The notes under the pieces are model-generated. The model did no database searches. It was not told where the DNA came from and saw only the letters and a program-made list of their open reading frames with translations. From assembly GCA_030704615.1 (NCBI GenBank), contig CM060733.1:68882001-68946000 (forward strand): 64,000 nt of DNA, written 5' to 3'. Positions 60,389 to 64,000 of the stretch are shown here, piece after piece. How positions within the stretch are numbered: position 1 is the first letter of the stretch; every line of letters starts with the position of its first letter. The translations under genes were made by a program, and so were the position numbers. This DNA is from Takakia lepidozioides. Its lineage: Eukaryota; Plantae; Bryophyta.

Positions 60389-62642
60389 TTCTTATCACTC
60401 GAGAAAGATGAACGCTATCTAGTTTTCTAGTGCTAAGCTAGATACAATGTTTGTTTTAGCACTATTATAATATATATCTTGGGGCAGGAGTCCATCTGGC
60501 CCTGCTGTTGCCATGGGTATGCGCTTGTTGTTTCACACATTGGCGTTGGTGGTGATCAGGGTGTAGTCATCCCTGTTTGTGGTGGTGGGTGCGCGCAGGG
60601 GGCCCTGGCAGCTCTGCTGCCTGAGCGCTGGGGCAGGCTGAGCACCCAGTAGGCCAGTCGTGCCCAACTTGTGTGGTCATTTGTGTTGGAGCTCAAGAAG
60701 GGCCATTGGCTTGTAGCCCCATTCTGGCTTGCAAGCATATTGCTGGATTCACCGTGCCCTGTAGAGACTCGCTGCCAGCGTACAGGGAAAGGTAGTCGGA
60801 GGAGGCAGGTAGGTCGTGGGCCTTCTCCACTTTTTCTTGAATGGGAATCGCCAAGGCCATCTCCATAACGAAGGCGCGGTTGTCTGTTAAGAGCGCAATG
60901 CCATCAGTCGCAGGGTGGAGGAGCTCGATTTTGAGAAGTCCAGACCATAGTTTGCTACCGTGCTTAGTAAAGGCAGTGATCGGTGAACTGGAGGTGTCCA
61001 TGTGTTGTGAGGGGCCTGGCGTAGCGTACTTTTGGGATCAGAGTGGGAGCTGCCGGCATCACTGTTGAGCGCACTCGGTGCTCGTTTGATACCTGGGTTG
61101 TTAGCCAAGAGCACCAGGTGGCGTAGGTGTTGCAGAGCGGAGGATAATCTGGTGGTCTGACGGGTTGGTTGTCACAGGAGTTTGTGTTGCTGGAGCGCCT
61201 GGGGCATGTGTGTCATTGATCGTTGGCAGATTCTGCGCAGAGCGAGTTTGGTAGGCGCGCTCCATTGCAAAGAACTGTTCGTCAGAGAGATGCATGTCGC
61301 TGATCTCAGCGTACCATCTGTGTAGCCTTCCATTGTCACTTCGTTGGTTGAGTGTTGCTTTCTAGTGGAATGGGGTTTTGTGGCTCGAGATGGCTGGAGT
61401 GCAGAAGGCATGAGGGCAGTTGGACACCTGCCGCGCACTGTTGAAGAAAAGCTTGTGGTGGCAGTGCTTACAGGCCACCTTGATGTGGGGCATTGCAACT
61501 TCCTGCCAGCCAGTACGTCAGTACTCTTTTGAGCCCCTGAAGCATTAATTCACACACCTGATGAAGATTTCTAAGGTTGTGGTGGAAAGAATGGTTGGCA
61601 ATCTTTCCAGCCAATAGTGAAAGTTGGGACTAGCGCCTTGTGCCTCGTGGTTGGTCAAGCTGGCCACAGCAGCTTTTCTTTGTGGTTCTTTGAACTATAG
61701 GCTTGGCAATTTTTTACATGAGCCTGTGCATGGCATTGTAAAGATGGTTAATGCAGCTGAACTCCACATTGAGCCAGCACAACAATCTGCTGCACTTACG
61801 CCAGCCCCTTTGCAACAGCAAGCCTCCAGGCAATCTATTACTGGAGAGTATGAGAGTGGGAGACTGTGGACTCACCAAGTGACACTTGGTGTATGAGCGG
61901 GATATGAGCTGAAGGGGCCCAGCTCACTACACGACCTGCTTGGTCTATGTTTACAATTCAGAACTTGAGGGCAGCCTGTGCCAACTCCATGTAAAGGCTT
62001 ACACAATCAGTGATAGCAGATCTGTTGTTGTCACCTTGAAAAATCAGCACGCATGAAGGGCTGTAAGCGTTCTTGATCAAGCTAGTTAGCTCTGGTGCTT
62101 TCCGGGGTTGCATTGTAAGTGCTCTTGCTTTTGTTGGGAATATTGGTGCAAAGGATTAAGGCTCGGCATAGCTACGGATCTCGACTGGAGGAGAGCAGGT
62201 CACTGGTAACCAAGAGCTGTGGGGGGTGCATTTGTAAACACAACTGAAATCCTAGAAATTATAGGGCACGTGGCCAGGGAACCTAGGAAACCATATAGAA
62301 CTTAGGGAACCGGGAACCAGTTACCAGATATTTTGGGTGTAACTTTAAATTTTTAAATTTGAAAACCTTTAAAAAAAAAAGGGGGCCCTTTTGATCTAAT
62401 TTAAATGATTTAAAGCCAAATTGGTCATATCTTTGTCAAATGGACTCTGTTTGACTCAGTTTTTGGGGGGATAGCTGCAGAAAGGGGGAATCTACCTACC
62501 TAGACTTGGTTTTTGTTTTTGGGACTCTGCTAAAAATCTATGGAATTTTTAGAGTATGAGTGTGCCATGAAAGATCCACAATCCTGTTTCTAGAACCTGT
62601 TCTGGTCTACATGAGGGATAAATCTGGGGATGTACTCCTTGT

Positions 62643-63377
62643 ATGGCTGGGGGAAATGAGGACGTGATTGAAGGGCAGGTCTCTTCTCTTAGCCTGTGCA
62701 CCAAAGGGGACAAGATTTATGTTTCCCAAGGAACTCAGACTGATTTGAGTGGAGAACAGTTGGACGAGTTGATTGCATACTGGGAGTCAGGCATTAGCAG
62801 TAGACAACAGACTGCTGTAGTTGGCATTGAGGGCCTCAATATCGCCTTGGACAGTCAGAACTCTGTTGGAGCCAGCAGTTCTGCAGCTGTAGGTGAAATA
62901 CCAAAGTGGGTGAAAGCTAGGCTTGGAACACAGCCAAAGACAGCCCCGGGGACCAAGGTGTTCAGCCACAAAGCCGTGGTGTACTGGAGTAGAGGAGCAG
63001 GAGCTACACAAGTTTGTGCAATCAGACAGCGTTGCAGCCGGACACGCTCTGCACAAGGCAACCACGAGCGGGGGTTCATTACCGAGGACAAGTTTGTTCT
63101 GTTTGAAGGAGATGCAATCATTCGCAATGAGGACACCCGCAACCGTCTCAAAGCTTTCGAGTTGAGAGACTATCAGACCCTACCTTTGTTTTCTTTAGTG
63201 TTCAGTGAGCGGGAGATAGGGGAGTATTGCTTTGTCTCTACCTGGCAGAAAGAGGAGGAGGGTTGGTTAGAGCGAGTTACTGTAGCTTGGGACAAGGTTA
63301 GTGGCAGGTTTCTGGACATAGATATACCTCCTACACCTTACCATCATGCAGAGCGAGGCACTTTGAGAGAAGTCTGA
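62643..63377 (+). CDS. ORF of unknown function (244 aa)
   Basis: ATG-initiated uninterrupted ORF of ordinary composition next to the dispersed repeat; no recognised domain. Confidence 0.3.
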   Translation: MAGGNEDVIEGQVSSLSLCTKGDKIYVSQGTQTDLSGEQLDELIAYWESGISSRQQTAVVGIEGLNIALDSQNSVGASSSAAVGEIPKWVKARLGTQPKTAPGTKVFSHKAVVYWSRGAGATQVCAIRQRCSRTRSAQGNHERGFITEDKFVLFEGDAIIRNEDTRNRLKAFELRDYQTLPLFSLVFSEREIGEYCFVSTWQKEEEGWLERVTVAWDKVSGRFLDIDIPPTPYHHAERGTLREV

Positions 63378-63659
63378 CAGTTGATAGCATAGATCAGGAT
63401 TAGATCTTGCTTGGTCGGGCTTCTATTCTTCCCCTCCATCTCTGTACTATTTTCATTACCTTGTACTTGTAGTTGCCAAAGCCTCTCTTGGTGGAGGCCA
63501 GTCAGTCCGGGGTTTTGGGCTGGGCTATTCTGCAGGATCAGCATTGCAGCTGGATTTTGGTGTGGGGGTGTTGATGTTTTGATTTCTTGTGTTTGGATCC
63601 CCCCCAACACCTGCATGCTTGACTGTGCGCCATGTTGGTTGGATTAGGCCGGATTTGAT

Positions 63660-63980
63660 TGTTAGAGGACTGTCGGGGACTTAGACACTTATACGGGATC
63701 TGTAGGGTACCCTTAATTTTTGCACAGACTGAGACCAACAGGAGCCTTAGGGGTGACAGCAGCGCACTGCAGAGGGGGGTTACACAGCCCGTCACAGTCG
63801 TCACAGCCACACAGCCAGTCACAGCCCGACACAGCCAAACACAGTCGCACAGCCAACACAGCCCGTCACAGTCGTCACAGCCGACACAGCCAACACAGCC
63901 CGTCACAGTCGTCACAGCCACACAGCCAGTCACAGCCCGTCACAGTTTCACACAGCCAGTCACAGCTTGACACAGCTGTC
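63660..63980. repeat. Dispersed repeat with CACAGCC-type minisatellite, copy 2
   Basis: Homologous to 3778-4015, with an expanded GTCACAGCC array. Confidence 0.8.
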
Positions 63981-64000
63981 ACGATCATAGGGAACGAAGA

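Overview
Repeat-rich nuclear DNA from a eukaryote, very probably a land plant (spliceosomal introns, PLS-type PPR remnants, plant-type MIA40, telo-box). The only convincing host gene is an intron-containing MIA40 homologue (minus strand, about 5.5-8.0 kb) whose catalytic CPC motif reads CDC. The window is dominated by two near-identical ~13.7-kb Mutator-like (MULE) DNA transposons in inverted orientation (17107-30795, 9-bp TSD CTGCCCTGA; 33119-46869, 10-bp TSD GTCRTTCATC). Each carries (i) a ~1170-aa transposase with a GCM/WRKY-like Zn domain, DDE core and SWIM finger, (ii) a divergently transcribed 8-exon gene for a ~1150-aa protein fusing a ParB/Srx-type domain (DGNHR) to a beta-class DNA amino-methyltransferase fold with an altered catalytic motif (DIPD), (iii) a conserved orphan ORF, and (iv) dozens of copies of the palindrome GAATTTCGGCGCCGAAATTC, seen only in non-coding parts and often spaced at near-multiples of the helical turn. 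Together this looks like a transposon-borne ParB/parS-like or VANC-like self-recognition or anti-silencing system, which is the main candidate for a novel system; the function is inferred, not shown. The rest is nested decayed material: OSB-type PDF-motif/PPR chimeric pseudogenes, an older relic of the same MULE family, hAT, gag and Gypsy RT fragments, a solo LTR, a second unrelated palindrome array upstream of a RING-finger pseudogene, a kinase fragment, tandem repeats and several long hairpins. All domain calls are by eye from motifs; no searches were run.
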